DNA from: an uncultured Acidobacteriota bacterium
GTDB lineage: Bacteria; Acidobacteriota; Thermoanaerobaculia; UBA5066; Gp7-AA6
Length of the DNA: 64,000 nt
NCBI GenBank assembly: GCA_963764715.1
Contig: CAVXTP010000013.1
Span: 32,001-96,000, forward strand
Reading direction: 5' to 3'
A program made the translations under genes and the position numbers. Shown here piece by piece: positions 8,631 through 20,760 of the stretch (positions are counted from its first letter, which is position 1; every line of letters begins with the position of its first letter). The notes beneath the pieces were generated by a model. That model saw only the letters and a list, made by a program, of their open reading frames with translations. It had not been told where the DNA came from and did no database searches.

Positions 8631-10208
8631 ATGCCTGTCACTCCCGTCAATCGCGAGCGCGCCGCCCTCGAGCGCTTCCTCGAAGCGCCCCGGCGATTCG
8701 GCGCGTACCGCATCGCGCTGGGCTTCCCGAACTCCTACGAGGTCGGGATGTCGAACCTCGGCTTCCAGTGGGTGTACCGCCTCTTCAACCGGATCCCCGA
8801 CGTCGTCTGCGAGCGGTTCTTCCACGAGGAGAACGAGCCCGCCGTGACCTTCGAGACGGGCACGGCGCTCTCGGAGTTCGGCCTCCTCGCCTGGTCGCTC
8901 TCCTGGGAGATGGACATCGTCCACATTCTGCGCACCCTGCAGAAGGCCGGCATCCCGACGCGGCGCGAGTCCCGGGACGAGCGGCACCCGCTCGTTCTCG
9001 TCGGCGGCGACATCGCGCGGATGAACCCCGCGGCGCTCTCGCCCTTCGTCGACGTGTTCGCGCTCGGCGACGGCGAGCGCCTGGTCCCGCGGATCGCGGA
9101 GCTGCTCGCCTCGGGCCTCGACCGCGACGGTTTCCTCGCGGCGGCGGCCGGGCTTCCCGGCCTCTTCGTGCCGGCCGTCCACGGGCCGCGCGCGGAGGCG
9201 GCCGAGAACGCGAAGGTCGTCATCCAGCAGCCGATGTCGCGCAAGGACATCACGCCGGAGTTCGAAGTCCCGCACTCGACGATCCTGACGCCCCGCACCG
9301 AGCTCGCCGACAAGCTCCTGATCGAGATCTCGCGGGGCTGCACGGAGATGTGCCGGTTCTGCTGGGCGGCCTACGCCATGGCGCCCGTCAAGCAGTACCC
9401 GGCGTCGTCGATCCTCAAGGTCGCGCGGGAGGCGCGGCCGCTGACCGACCGGACCGGCCTGATCGCGACGGCCGTCTGCGACCACCCCGAGATCATCCCG
9501 ATCCTCGAGGGTCTCGCCTCGCTCGGGTACCACATCGCGCTTTCCTCGATCAAGATCGACGCGATCGAGGACCCGATCCTGGAGGTCCTCGCGCGCCAGG
9601 GCGAGCGCGCGCTGTCGATCGCGCCGGAGGCCGGCAACGAGCGGCTGCGGCGGTTCATCAACAAGAAGGTCTCCGACGCCATGCTCGACGAGAAGGCGCG
9701 GCTGGTTTTCGCGCGCGGCTTCACGCGGCTCAAGCTCTACCTGCAGGTCGGGCTTCCCTCCGAGACCGAGGAGGACGTGCGCGACATCGTGCGCCTCGCC
9801 GAGCGGCTCCACGGGATCGCGGTCGCGGAGGGACGCCGGCTCGGCCGCGTCGCCGAGATCGTGCCCTCGGTCAACGCGTTCATCCCCAAGCCCCACACGC
9901 CCTACGAGGACCAGTCGCTCGCCGACGAGGACCTGCTGCGCGAGCGCCTGGGCTTTCTCCAGCGGGAGCTCTCGCGGATCCCCAACGTCGTCTTCCGCGG
10001 CATGCCGGTGGGGGAGGCCGTGTGGGAGGCCTTCCTCGCCAAGGTCGACGAGTCGGGGTCCGACATCCTCGAGGAGGCCGCCGCGGGCGTTCCCGTGCGG
10101 CGGCTGCTGAAGACGCACCACGCCCGGATCGCCGCGGTCGTCCGGCCCGAGGCGGTGCCCGCCGCCGCCGGGGCGGCCGCTCCCTGGTCGTTCATTTCCA
10201 AGCGTTGA
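8631..10208 (+). CDS. Radical SAM protein (TIGR03960/YgiQ-like, B12-binding-like N-terminus)
   Basis: FPNSYEVGMSNLG, RGCTEMCRFC (CxxxCxxC), APEAG and FIPKPHTP motifs. Confidence 0.88.
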   Translation: MPVTPVNRERAALERFLEAPRRFGAYRIALGFPNSYEVGMSNLGFQWVYRLFNRIPDVVCERFFHEENEPAVTFETGTALSEFGLLAWSLSWEMDIVHILRTLQKAGIPTRRESRDERHPLVLVGGDIARMNPAALSPFVDVFALGDGERLVPRIAELLASGLDRDGFLAAAAGLPGLFVPAVHGPRAEAAENAKVVIQQPMSRKDITPEFEVPHSTILTPRTELADKLLIEISRGCTEMCRFCWAAYAMAPVKQYPASSILKVAREARPLTDRTGLIATAVCDHPEIIPILEGLASLGYHIALSSIKIDAIEDPILEVLARQGERALSIAPEAGNERLRRFINKKVSDAMLDEKARLVFARGFTRLKLYLQVGLPSETEEDVRDIVRLAERLHGIAVAEGRRLGRVAEIVPSVNAFIPKPHTPYEDQSLADEDLLRERLGFLQRELSRIPNVVFRGMPVGEAVWEAFLAKVDESGSDILEEAAAGVPVRRLLKTHHARIAAVVRPEAVPAAAGAAAPWSFISKR

Positions 10209-10237
10209 GTCCGGACCCAGTTGCCGAAGGAGGGATC

Positions 10238-11665
10238 GTGAAGCTCAGGATCGCCGCGCTCGCCCTGGTCCTCGCCGCCGCCGTGCCGGCCCTCGCCCTG
10301 GACTATCCCCCGCTGACGCCGAACCCGGCGGCCTACAAGGCGCGCCGCGAGAAGTTCATGGCGAAGCTGCCGCCCAAGTCGGTGGCCATCCTGCGCTCGG
10401 CGCCGATGCGCACGATGACGAACGACGTCGAGTACCTCTTCCGGCAGGACTCCGACTTCTACTACCTGACCGGGATCGCCCAGGAGGACGTGACCGTCGT
10501 CCTGCGCCCGGAGGCCCCGGACGGGAAGAAGTACATCGCCTTCGTCCAGCCCCGCGACCCGCGCCGCGAGTCCTGGGAGGGGACGCGCGTCGGGCCGGAC
10601 GAGGCCGTCGCCGCCTGGGGCGTCGACGCGGTGTTCCTGCTGAAGGACTTCGACTCGAAGATGTCGGAGTTCGACCGCAACACCTACACCGCGAGCGGCT
10701 TCATCGCCGACGCGACCGCGATCTACGTCTCCGACGGCAACGACGCGGAGTGGGCCGAGAAGTTCCGCAACACCTACGACCCGCTGCGCTCGCGCCGCAT
10801 CGGGCCGGCGACGCTCGTCGACGCGCGGTCGATCACCCGCGAGATGCGGCTGATCAAGGACGAGGAGGACATCCGGTTCCTCCGCCGCGTCGCCGAGATG
10901 TCGGCGCAGGGCCACATCCGGGCGATGCAGGCGGCGGCTCCCGGCAAGTACGAGTTCGAGGTCCAGCAGGCCCTCGACGGCTACTGCGCCTCGAACGGCG
11001 CGCGGCGGATGGCCTATCCCTCGATCGCGGGCTCGGGCCCCAACTCCTGCATCCTCCACTACGACCAGAGCAGCCGCCAGATGAAGGACGGCGAGGTTCT
11101 GTTGAACGACTCCGGGGCGGAGTACGGCCTCTACGCCACCGACATCACGCGGACATACCCCGTCAACGGCCGCTTCTCGCCGGAGCAGCGCGCGATCTAC
11201 GAGATCGTGCTGGCCGCGCAGAAGGCCGCGCTGGCGGTCGTCAAGCCCGGCGTCGGCCACGACGAGGTCGAGAAGGCCGCGGCGCTGACGTGCACCGAGG
11301 GCCTGGTCAAGCTGGGGCTCCTGACGGGCGATCCGGCGGAGATCGTGAAGTCGTTCGGCCACCGGCGCTTCACGCTCCACGGGGTCTCCCACTGGGTCGG
11401 CTTCGACGTGCACGACCCGAGCCCGTATGCCCGGGGCGCGTCGCGCACGCTGCCGCTCGAGGCCGGGATGGTCTTCACCATCGAGCCCGGCATCTACATC
11501 CCCGCGAACATGCAGGGCGTCGATCCGAAGTGGTGGAACATCGGCGTGCGGATCGAGGACACGATCCTCGTCACGCCGACCGGCTCCGACTGCCTCTCCT
11601 GCGGCGCGCCGCGGGAAACCGCCGACGTGGAGAAGGCGGTCCAGTCGGGCCGGAAGAAGAAGTGA
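10238..11665 (+). CDS. Xaa-Pro aminopeptidase (M24B, PepP-like) with signal peptide
   Basis: AGGAGG SD then GTG; signal peptide ending VPALA; FRQDSDFYYLTG, LHY, DITRT, HGVSHWVGFDVHD, TIEPGIY and GVRIED motifs. Confidence 0.92.
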   Translation: MKLRIAALALVLAAAVPALALDYPPLTPNPAAYKARREKFMAKLPPKSVAILRSAPMRTMTNDVEYLFRQDSDFYYLTGIAQEDVTVVLRPEAPDGKKYIAFVQPRDPRRESWEGTRVGPDEAVAAWGVDAVFLLKDFDSKMSEFDRNTYTASGFIADATAIYVSDGNDAEWAEKFRNTYDPLRSRRIGPATLVDARSITREMRLIKDEEDIRFLRRVAEMSAQGHIRAMQAAAPGKYEFEVQQALDGYCASNGARRMAYPSIAGSGPNSCILHYDQSSRQMKDGEVLLNDSGAEYGLYATDITRTYPVNGRFSPEQRAIYEIVLAAQKAALAVVKPGVGHDEVEKAAALTCTEGLVKLGLLTGDPAEIVKSFGHRRFTLHGVSHWVGFDVHDPSPYARGASRTLPLEAGMVFTIEPGIYIPANMQGVDPKWWNIGVRIEDTILVTPTGSDCLSCGAPRETADVEKAVQSGRKKK

Positions 11666-11672
11666 GGACCGG

Positions 11673-12560
11673 TCAGCGGCGCGGGACGAGGACGTTCACG
11701 AAGACCTTGTCCATGTGGCACTCGACCGGGGTCTTCAGCACGCAGTCCCCGTCGACCTGGATGTCGACCGGGTAGGGCTCGAGGGTCCGGATCGCGACGC
11801 GCCGCCCGCGCACGATGCGGGCGACGCCGTCCGCGAGATGCTCGCCGCGCCGGCGCATCATCTCGCGGAAGAGGCGGTACAGGCTGGCGCGGTCCCGCCG
11901 CGCGAAGAGCAGGACCTCGAAGTTCGCGCTGTCGAGGCGCGCCTCGGGCGCGATGATCCAGTTGCCCGCGTAGTGCCGGGCCCGGCAGACGACCGCGAAC
12001 GTGGCCTGGTGCCGCACGCCGTCGATCTCGACCTCGAGCCGCGGGAACTCGTACTGGAGAAACTCCGAGAGGGCGGTCCCGAAGATCCCGGCCCGGCCGA
12101 GGTGGCGCTTCAAGGCGAGGTTCATCTGGCCCATCACGCGCGCGTCGAGGCCGACGCCCGCCCAGAGGAGAAACGGCCGGCCGTCGGCGTGGCCGAGGCG
12201 GATCGCGTGCGGAACGCCCTCGACGAGAAGGTTCTCCGCGTGCTCGAGGTCGAGGGGGATCCCGAGCTCGACCGCGAGGACGTTGGACGTTCCCGCGGGG
12301 ATCACGCCGAGGGGCACCTCCGACCCGACGAGACCGCAGGCCGCCTCGGAGAGCGTGCCGTCGCCGCCGCAGACCGCGACGAGATCGAGGCCCTTCGGGA
12401 GGAACGAGCGCACGATCGCGGTCGCATCGCCGGGGCCGCTCGTCGGGGCGTTGATGAGGTCGAGCCCGCGCGCCCGCATCCGGTCGATCAGGTCGCTCAT
12501 CCGCCGGCGCACGTCGCGCTGGCCGGCGGTGGGGTTGTAGACGAGGATGCCGCGTTTCAT
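11673..12560 (-). CDS. Diacylglycerol kinase family lipid kinase
   Basis: YNPTAG, CGGDGT, PAGTSN, GVGLDA and QVDGD motifs. Confidence 0.9.
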   Translation of the reverse strand: MKRGILVYNPTAGQRDVRRRMSDLIDRMRARGLDLINAPTSGPGDATAIVRSFLPKGLDLVAVCGGDGTLSEAACGLVGSEVPLGVIPAGTSNVLAVELGIPLDLEHAENLLVEGVPHAIRLGHADGRPFLLWAGVGLDARVMGQMNLALKRHLGRAGIFGTALSEFLQYEFPRLEVEIDGVRHQATFAVVCRARHYAGNWIIAPEARLDSANFEVLLFARRDRASLYRLFREMMRRRGEHLADGVARIVRGRRVAIRTLEPYPVDIQVDGDCVLKTPVECHMDKVFVNVLVPRR

Positions 12561-12566
12561 GAAGAA

Positions 12567-12657
12567 GCTTTCCGCCTTCCGCTATCCGCTTTCAGCCAGA
12601 AGGGTATCGTGCGCCGCACGGCTCCGGCGGACGGCGGCAAGCCGACGGCTGCCGGCT
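12567..12657. repeat. Degenerate heptamer tandem-repeat element with two opposed arms
   Basis: GCTTTCC GCCTTCC GCTATCC GCTTTCA (12567-12594), then GCGGACG GCGGCAA GCCGACG GCTGCCG (12627-12654), between ruvB and the kinase gene. Confidence 0.6.
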
Positions 12658-13678
12658 AGAAGAGCTCCCCGTCGCGGCGGGGCGCCGTGATTCCCAGGTG
12701 GCGGTAGGCCGCGGGCGAGGCGATCCGGCCGCGGGGGGTGCGCTGCAGGAAGCCGGCCTGGAGCAGGTACGGCTCGTAGAGGTCCTCGAGCGTGCCGCGG
12801 TCCTCGCCGAGCGAAGCCGCGATCGCCCCGACGCCGACCGGCCCGCCGCCGAACTTCTCGATGATCGTCGAGAGGATCCGCCGGTCGAGCTCGTCGAAGC
12901 CGTGCTCGTCGACTTCGAGCCGCGCGAGCGCCGCCCGCGCGGTATCGAGGTCGATCGTCTTCTTGCCGGCGACCTCGGCGAAGTCGCGCAGCCGCCGGAG
13001 CAGCCGGTTGGCGATGCGCGGCGTGCCGCGCGCGCGCGAGCCGATCTCCCGCGAGGCCTCCGGGGTGATCGCGATCGAGAGGATGCCCGCGGAGCGCTCG
13101 ATGATGCGGGAGAGCGCCTCGACGTCGTAGAAGTCGAGCCGCAGCGTGATGCCGAAGCGGCCGTGGAGCGGCTGGGACAGCAGGCCCGGCCGCGTCGTCG
13201 CGCCGATCAGCGTGAAGGGCGGCAGGTCGACCTTGACCGTGCGCGCCATCGGCCCCTCGCCGATCATCACGTCGAGCCGGAAGTCCTCCATGGCGGGGTA
13301 GAGGATCTCCTCGACGGCGGGCGAGAGGCGGTGGATCTCGTCGACGAAGAGGACGTCCTTCGGCTGAAGGTTCGTCAGGAGGCCGGCGAGGTCGCCGGCG
13401 CGCGCGATCATCGGGCCGGCCGTCAGGCGCAGGCCCGCGCTCATCTCCTTCGCGACGATGTGGGCGAGCGTGGTCTTGCCGAGGCCGGGCGGCCCCGTCA
13501 GGAGCACGTGGTCGAGCGGCTCGCCGCGGCCCCGGGCCGCCGCCAGGAAGACCGAGAGGTTCTCGCGGACCTTCGTCTGTCCGATGTACTCGGACAGCGA
13601 CTGCGGGCGCAGCCGCGGCTCGACCGCGGTGTCTTCCTCGAGAGCGACGCCGGCGAGGATTTCTCGGTCCTGGGTCAT
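12656..13678 (-). CDS. ruvB: Holliday junction branch migration helicase RuvB
   Basis: [43 protein letters not shown] and [17 protein letters not shown] motifs. Confidence 0.98.
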   Translation of the reverse strand: MTQDREILAGVALEEDTAVEPRLRPQSLSEYIGQTKVRENLSVFLAAARGRGEPLDHVLLTGPPGLGKTTLAHIVAKEMSAGLRLTAGPMIARAGDLAGLLTNLQPKDVLFVDEIHRLSPAVEEILYPAMEDFRLDVMIGEGPMARTVKVDLPPFTLIGATTRPGLLSQPLHGRFGITLRLDFYDVEALSRIIERSAGILSIAITPEASREIGSRARGTPRIANRLLRRLRDFAEVAGKKTIDLDTARAALARLEVDEHGFDELDRRILSTIIEKFGGGPVGVGAIAASLGEDRGTLEDLYEPYLLQAGFLQRTPRGRIASPAAYRHLGITAPRRDGELF

Positions 13679-13699
13679 GTGGCGGACGCAGTTTATCGT

Positions 13700-13787
13700 G
13701 GGGTCAGGTCTTCATTTTTCGGCCCCGGTCGTGTCCGGCTCGAGTGCGCCCGTCGCGGGGCCTTCGAAGAAAGGAAGACCTGACCCC
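13700..13787. repeat. Palindromic REP/REPIN-like element, family A, copy 1
   Basis: GGGGTCAGGTCTTC (13700-13713) and GAAGACCTGACCCC (13774-13787); inner GGCCCC/GGGGCC. Confidence 0.85.
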
Positions 13788-14377
13788 TAGCCCGAGGTCA
13801 GGCGGCGCAGCGCTTCCTTCAGGAAGTCGCCGAAGTCCGTGGGCGCGCCCGTGCGCGCGATGGCGTCGACCGACCGCTCGGCCTCGGCCTTGCGGTATCC
13901 GAGGTTGACGAGGGCGGAGATGACGTCGTCCGCGGCGACGGCCGCCGGGGCCTTGCCGGGCGCCTCGCCCGAGATGCGGCCGGCCTTCTCGGCGAGCTCG
14001 AGCACCATGCGCTCGGCGGTCTTCTTGCCGACGCCGGGCACGGCGACGAGGCGGCGCACGTCCTGCCGGCGGAGCGCGTCGACGAGCTCGGTCGGCGGGA
14101 TCCCCGAGAGGACCGTCAGGGCCACCCGCGGGCCGATGCCCGTCACGCCGAGCAGAAGGAGGAAGAGCGAGCGCTCCCGCTCGGTCAGGAAGCCGTAGAG
14201 GGCGAGGGCGTCCTCGCGCACGTGGGTGTGGATCCAGAGGGAGGCCGGGCTCTCCTGCTCCGGCAGCTCGTAGAACGTCGAGAGCGGGATGTGGACGAGG
14301 TAGCCGACGCCGGCCACGTCCAGCAGGACCTGGTCCGGCGCCTTCGACGCGAGGCGGCCGGTGAGGCGGCCGATCAT
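13787..14377 (-). CDS. ruvA: Holliday junction DNA-binding protein RuvA
   Basis: MIGRLTG, DVAGVGY, HVRED, LYGF, GIGPR, VPGVGKKTAER and ALVNLGY motifs. Confidence 0.97.
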   Translation of the reverse strand: MIGRLTGRLASKAPDQVLLDVAGVGYLVHIPLSTFYELPEQESPASLWIHTHVREDALALYGFLTERERSLFLLLLGVTGIGPRVALTVLSGIPPTELVDALRRQDVRRLVAVPGVGKKTAERMVLELAEKAGRISGEAPGKAPAAVAADDVISALVNLGYRKAEAERSVDAIARTGAPTDFGDFLKEALRRLTSG

Positions 14378-14383
14378 GACGCG

Positions 14384-14389
14384 ATTCTA
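14384..14389 (-). promoter_or_regulatory. -10 box TAGAAT; probable leaderless ruvAB transcript
   Basis: Minus strand reads TAGAAT-cgcgtc-ATG with no SD. Confidence 0.6.
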
Positions 14390-14399
14390 GCGGCCCTCG

Positions 14400-14462
14400 T
14401 CGTAGGGGCGGGGCTCGTCCCCGCCCTTCGAAAGCGGGCGGCCGCGAGGGCCGCCCCTACGA
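14400..14462. repeat. GTAG-type REP doublet (REPIN-like), family B
   Basis: TCGTAGGGGCGG ... CCGCCCCTACGA terminal inverted repeat; each half has its own hairpin (GGGCGGGG-ctcgt-CCCCGCCC and GGGCGGCC-gcgag-GGCCGCCC). Confidence 0.8.
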
Positions 14463-14471
14463 CCGGATGCC

Positions 14472-16427
14472 CTAGCTCTTCCGCCCGCCCGTGTCGCGCA
14501 CGAAGCTCGACAGCAGCTGGTCGTTGACCTCGACCTTCTGCTCGGAGCGCATCTGCGCCAGGTACGAGCGTGTCAGGCGCTCGGCCTCGCGGGAGCGGAT
14601 CGTCTCGCGCAGCTGCTCCTTCTGCGCCTGCAGGGCGTCGCGGCTGCCCTCGGTGCGGGTCAGCACGCGGAAGAGGACGAATCCCGTCGGGACGGCGATC
14701 GGGGGCCCGGCCTGGCCCTGGGGCGTGCGGAACACGGCCGCGACCAGCTCGGGCGCCGCGCCGATCTCGGGGACGGGACCGCCGGGGCCGAACTCGGTCG
14801 TCGTCTTCACCTCGGTGCCGTAGCGGGGCGCGAGGGTCGCGAGCGTGGCGCCGGCCGAAAGCTCCTTGGCGGCGGGCTCGAGCTGGGCGAGGGCGTCCTT
14901 CTCGCGGCGCTCCGCCTTCCAGTCCTGCTCGAGGCGGGGCTTGAGCTCGGCGAAGGCCGGCAGGCCCGCGGGCCGCTCCTCGGAGGCCTTGACGAAGGCG
15001 GTGCCCCGCGCGGTCACGACCGGCGTCGCGGAGACCTTGCCGACGGACAGGCCCCAGGCCTCGTCCGCGAACTTCTGGTTGGCGCCGATGCCGGGGATCG
15101 GATCGCCCTTGGCCGCCCACTCCGTCGTGTTGAGGTTGACGAAGTCCGTCTGGAGCTTGCGCAGCTCCTCGTCGGTCGCGGAGGGCATCTTCTTGAGCTT
15201 CTCGGAGAGCTCGCGGGCGATCCGCTCGACCTCGCCGGAAGCGAGCTTCTCGGTGAGCTCGGCCATGAGCTGCGGCCGCGCCTCCTCGAGCGAGCGCGTC
15301 CGGGCCGGCGACTTCGAGTTGAACTTGATGATGTGGTAGCCGAACTGGGTCTTGATCGGGCCGCGGATCTCGCCGGGCTCCATGGCGAAGGCCTGGGCCT
15401 CGAACTCGGGCACCATCTGGCCGCGGGAGAAGGGCGGAAGCTGTCCGCCGTTCGTCTTGCCGCTCGGGTCGTCGGTGTTCTCGTTGGCGAGCTTCGCGAA
15501 ATCGGCGCCCTTGACCCTGGCCCGGGCGGCGATGTTCTCGGCCTTCGCCTTGGCGACCTCGTCGGCGCTCGGCCCGCCGTCGGGCTTGACCGCGACGAGG
15601 ATGTGCGCCACGTTGACCTGCTCGGGGACCGCGAAGGTGTCCTTCCGCTTCTCGTATTCGGCGGCGACGTCGGCGTCGCTCGGCTTCGTCTTCGCGCGGA
15701 TCTTGGCCTTGTCGACGAGGAGGTACTTGAGGCGGCGCTGGACCGGCGTGCGGTAGCGGTCCTTGTGCTTGTCGAGGTACGTCTGGAGGTCGGCGTCGGT
15801 CGGCTGGGCGGCGCTCTCGATCCGGCTCGAGGGAACGAGAACGTACTCGATCGTGGCCTTGTCGTTTTTGGCGGCGTACTCGCGGAGGATCTCGGCCTCC
15901 GGCACGACGACGGACGCCTTGACGAGCTCGCCGTACTTGGCGAGCAGCATGTCCTCGCGGACCTCGTTCTCGAACTGCTCCGGCACGAGGCGGTTGGCGC
16001 GGAGCATCTGCTCGTACTTCTCGCGGCCGATGAACTGGTTGTTCTCCTGGAAGTAAGGGAGCGTCACGATCTTCTGCGCGAGCTCCTCGTCGGAGACCGA
16101 CAGGTTCATGCGGCGGGCCGATTCGAGGCGGAGCATGCGCTCGATCATGGAGTCGAGAACGTTGCGGGGAAGGTCGAGCGCCCGCTCGAGCTCGGGAGAG
16201 AAGTTGCCCTGGTACATCTGGCGGTAGCGCTCCACCTGGGCGCGGTACTGCCGGTCGAACTCGACGGCGGTGATGCGCTCCTTGCCGACCTTCGCGACGA
16301 CCTGGTTCGAGGCGCCCGCGGGGTCCGAGCCGCCGGAGAAGAAGACGAAGCCGAGGATGAAGACCGCGATCACGGCGAAGAGCGTCCACTTGAGGTGGTG
16401 GAAGCTTTCGCGCATCGTCTTGAGCAT
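14472..16427 (-). CDS. PpiD/SurA-like parvulin peptidyl-prolyl isomerase with N-terminal membrane anchor
   Basis: N-terminal TM helix, SurA_N-like domain, rotamase motifs AHILV, FAKLA, GGQL, MVPEFE and TQFGYHII. Confidence 0.88.
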   Translation of the reverse strand: MLKTMRESFHHLKWTLFAVIAVFILGFVFFSGGSDPAGASNQVVAKVGKERITAVEFDRQYRAQVERYRQMYQGNFSPELERALDLPRNVLDSMIERMLRLESARRMNLSVSDEELAQKIVTLPYFQENNQFIGREKYEQMLRANRLVPEQFENEVREDMLLAKYGELVKASVVVPEAEILREYAAKNDKATIEYVLVPSSRIESAAQPTDADLQTYLDKHKDRYRTPVQRRLKYLLVDKAKIRAKTKPSDADVAAEYEKRKDTFAVPEQVNVAHILVAVKPDGGPSADEVAKAKAENIAARARVKGADFAKLANENTDDPSGKTNGGQLPPFSRGQMVPEFEAQAFAMEPGEIRGPIKTQFGYHIIKFNSKSPARTRSLEEARPQLMAELTEKLASGEVERIARELSEKLKKMPSATDEELRKLQTDFVNLNTTEWAAKGDPIPGIGANQKFADEAWGLSVGKVSATPVVTARGTAFVKASEERPAGLPAFAELKPRLEQDWKAERREKDALAQLEPAAKELSAGATLATLAPRYGTEVKTTTEFGPGGPVPEIGAAPELVAAVFRTPQGQAGPPIAVPTGFVLFRVLTRTEGSRDALQAQKEQLRETIRSREAERLTRSYLAQMRSEQKVEVNDQLLSSFVRDTGGRKS

Positions 16428-16497
16428 CGAAGACCTCTTTCGACAGAAATCGAGAACGCGCGACTATATACCGTCGCGGGCGGGCGTTCGGAGTCCT

Positions 16498-16694
16498 GCG
16501 CCTCCGGCGCACCGCCCTGCGGCTCGCCCGGATGCGGGCTCGACCGCAGAGCTGGACCCCGCCCGCCCGCCCGCTCCCGCGGCGCGAGGCGTCCTCCGCT
16601 GCGATCGCGGAGATTCCTCGCGCCGCGAGCGGATGCCATACCCGGGCGAGTTCGAGGATGAACCGTCTGGAGTCGCTGGGCTTAGGGGAGGCGT
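16498..16694. ncRNA. Candidate structured RNA or MITE-like long nested hairpin (unclassified)
   Basis: Nested pairings: 16499-505/16687-693, 16523-531/16642-650, 16571-575/16628-632, 16578-589/16616-627 and 16594-599/16607-612. Confidence 0.4.
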
Positions 16695-16759
16695 CACTGC
16701 CGGAAATGGCGCAAATGTGTTATAAGCCAGAGGGATAAGTCTCGCAGTTTCGGGAGTTT

Positions 16760-19268
<2,509 letters not shown>

Positions 19269-19275
19269 GCGGGCG

Positions 19276-19370
19276 AGGAGGCAGGACGCAGGAGGCAGGA
19301 GGCAGGTAAGCGATGCCCGGCTCGACCCCTGCCCTCGTCCGGCCGCCTGCCGCCCGCCTCCTGCCGCCTG
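19276..19370. repeat. Heptamer tandem inverted element, family C, copy 1
   Basis: About 4 x AGGAGGC (19276-19306), spacer, then GCCGCCT-type units (19339-19370), between mreB and mreC. Confidence 0.8.
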
Positions 19371-19377
19371 GACAGCC

Positions 19378-20262
19378 ATGAGACTCCAGAACCCCCGCGC
19401 CGAGATCGCCGCGGTCAATCCGCGCCGGGGCGGAGCGGTGCTCGTCACGGTGCTCGTCGCGTGCGTCCTGATCCTGTCGGCGCAGGCGCCGGGGCGGGGA
19501 GGCCGCGGCACGGTCCTCCAGTCCTGGATCCTGACCCTTTCGGCCCCGCTCGCGTCGGCCGTCTCGGCCGTGTCGCAGGGGGTGTCGGGAGGCGTCCGGT
19601 CGGCGGGCGAGCTCTTCACCGCGCGGACCGAGAACGAGAGGCTCCGCCGGGATCTCGAGGCCCGGGACCGGGAGCTCTTCCGCCTGCGCGCGGAGGCGCG
19701 GCAGTCCGCGGAGGACCGGCGGCTCGTCAGCCAGGGCTCCGCCCTGCCGGGGATCATCGGCAGCGTCCCGATCCTGCTGCTCGAGCGGCGCTCCGGCCTG
19801 TACAGCGCGCTCGTCGGCGCCGGGTCGGCCGACGGCGCCGTCGCCGGGTCGCCGCTCGCGGTTCCGGCGGGCCTCGTCGGGCGCGTCGTGGTCGTCGGGC
19901 ACTCGGTGTCGCGGGCGCAGCTGCTCCTCGACGCCTCGGCGGCGGCGGGAGCGCGGATCGCGCGGACCGGCGAGCTCGGAGTCGTGCGGGGCGACGGCCG
20001 GGGCGCGATGATGCTGAACAACATCGCGACGACGTCCTCGGTCGCCCGGGGCGATCTCGTCGAGTCGGCCGGCATCGACGGCATCTACCCGCGCGGCGTC
20101 CCGATCGGCGTCGTCTCGTCGGTCGAGCGCGGCAGCAAGATGTTTTTGCAGGTCCGCGTCGAGCCGAGCGCGGACTTCGCGCGCCTGACGGACGTGCTGC
20201 TGCTCGCGCCGTCGCCCGCGATCCGCGAGAACCCGGAGGTCGGGAAGGGTGCCGCGCGGTGA
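19378..20262 (+). CDS. mreC: Rod shape-determining protein MreC
   Basis: TM helix, ENERLR coiled coil, GLVGRV, GDLVESAGIDGIYPRG and PSADF motifs; synteny. Confidence 0.93.
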   Translation: MRLQNPRAEIAAVNPRRGGAVLVTVLVACVLILSAQAPGRGGRGTVLQSWILTLSAPLASAVSAVSQGVSGGVRSAGELFTARTENERLRRDLEARDRELFRLRAEARQSAEDRRLVSQGSALPGIIGSVPILLLERRSGLYSALVGAGSADGAVAGSPLAVPAGLVGRVVVVGHSVSRAQLLLDASAAAGARIARTGELGVVRGDGRGAMMLNNIATTSSVARGDLVESAGIDGIYPRGVPIGVVSSVERGSKMFLQVRVEPSADFARLTDVLLLAPSPAIRENPEVGKGAAR

Positions 20263-20756
20263 AGGCGTCCCGGATCGCGCTGCTGCTCGCGGCGGCCGCG
20301 GTCCTCGAGCTCTTCACGGGGGGCTCGAGGTCCATGCTGCCGGTCGACTGGTTCCTGCTCGCGACCGCGATGGTCGCCCGGAGCGGCGACTTCGTCCGCG
20401 CCGTCCTCGCGGGGGCGTGCGCGGGCTTCGCCGAGGACGCGATCTCGCAGCCGCTGCTCGGGATGAACGCCTTCGCCAAGGCGATCCTGGGGTACGCCCT
20501 GACGCTCGTCTCGGTGCGCGTCGTCTTCGGCGGAGCGCTGGCCATGGGCGCGGCGCTCGCCGTGGCCTCGCTCGCCAACGAGGCGATCGTCGCGCTCCTG
20601 TCGGCGCTCCTGGCGCAGGCGCCGATCGTCATCGTGTCCCGCGAGGCCTTCGTTCGCGCGGCGGCGACGGGTGTCGCGGGCGGCGCCCTCGAAGCGGCAT
20701 GGAACTTCCCGTGGCGCGACTGGTGGAAGCGGCGGCAGCTCCGGAGGCTGCGATGA
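20259..20756 (+). CDS. mreD: Rod shape-determining protein MreD
   Basis: GTGA overlap; 165-aa hydrophobic protein with GFAED...LLGMNAFAK; lies between mreC and mrdA. Confidence 0.88.
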   Translation: MKASRIALLLAAAAVLELFTGGSRSMLPVDWFLLATAMVARSGDFVRAVLAGACAGFAEDAISQPLLGMNAFAKAILGYALTLVSVRVVFGGALAMGAALAVASLANEAIVALLSALLAQAPIVIVSREAFVRAAATGVAGGALEAAWNFPWRDWWKRRQLRRLR

Positions 20757-20760
20757 GGTC

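Noticed and set aside
12656-14377. Absence of ruvC beside ruvAB
   Set aside because: ruvC is often located elsewhere, and its absence cannot be judged from one window.
16498-16694. Naming the long hairpin as 6S, SRP, tmRNA, RNase P RNA or a riboswitch
   Set aside because: I saw no diagnostic sequence motif for any of these, so it is left unclassified.
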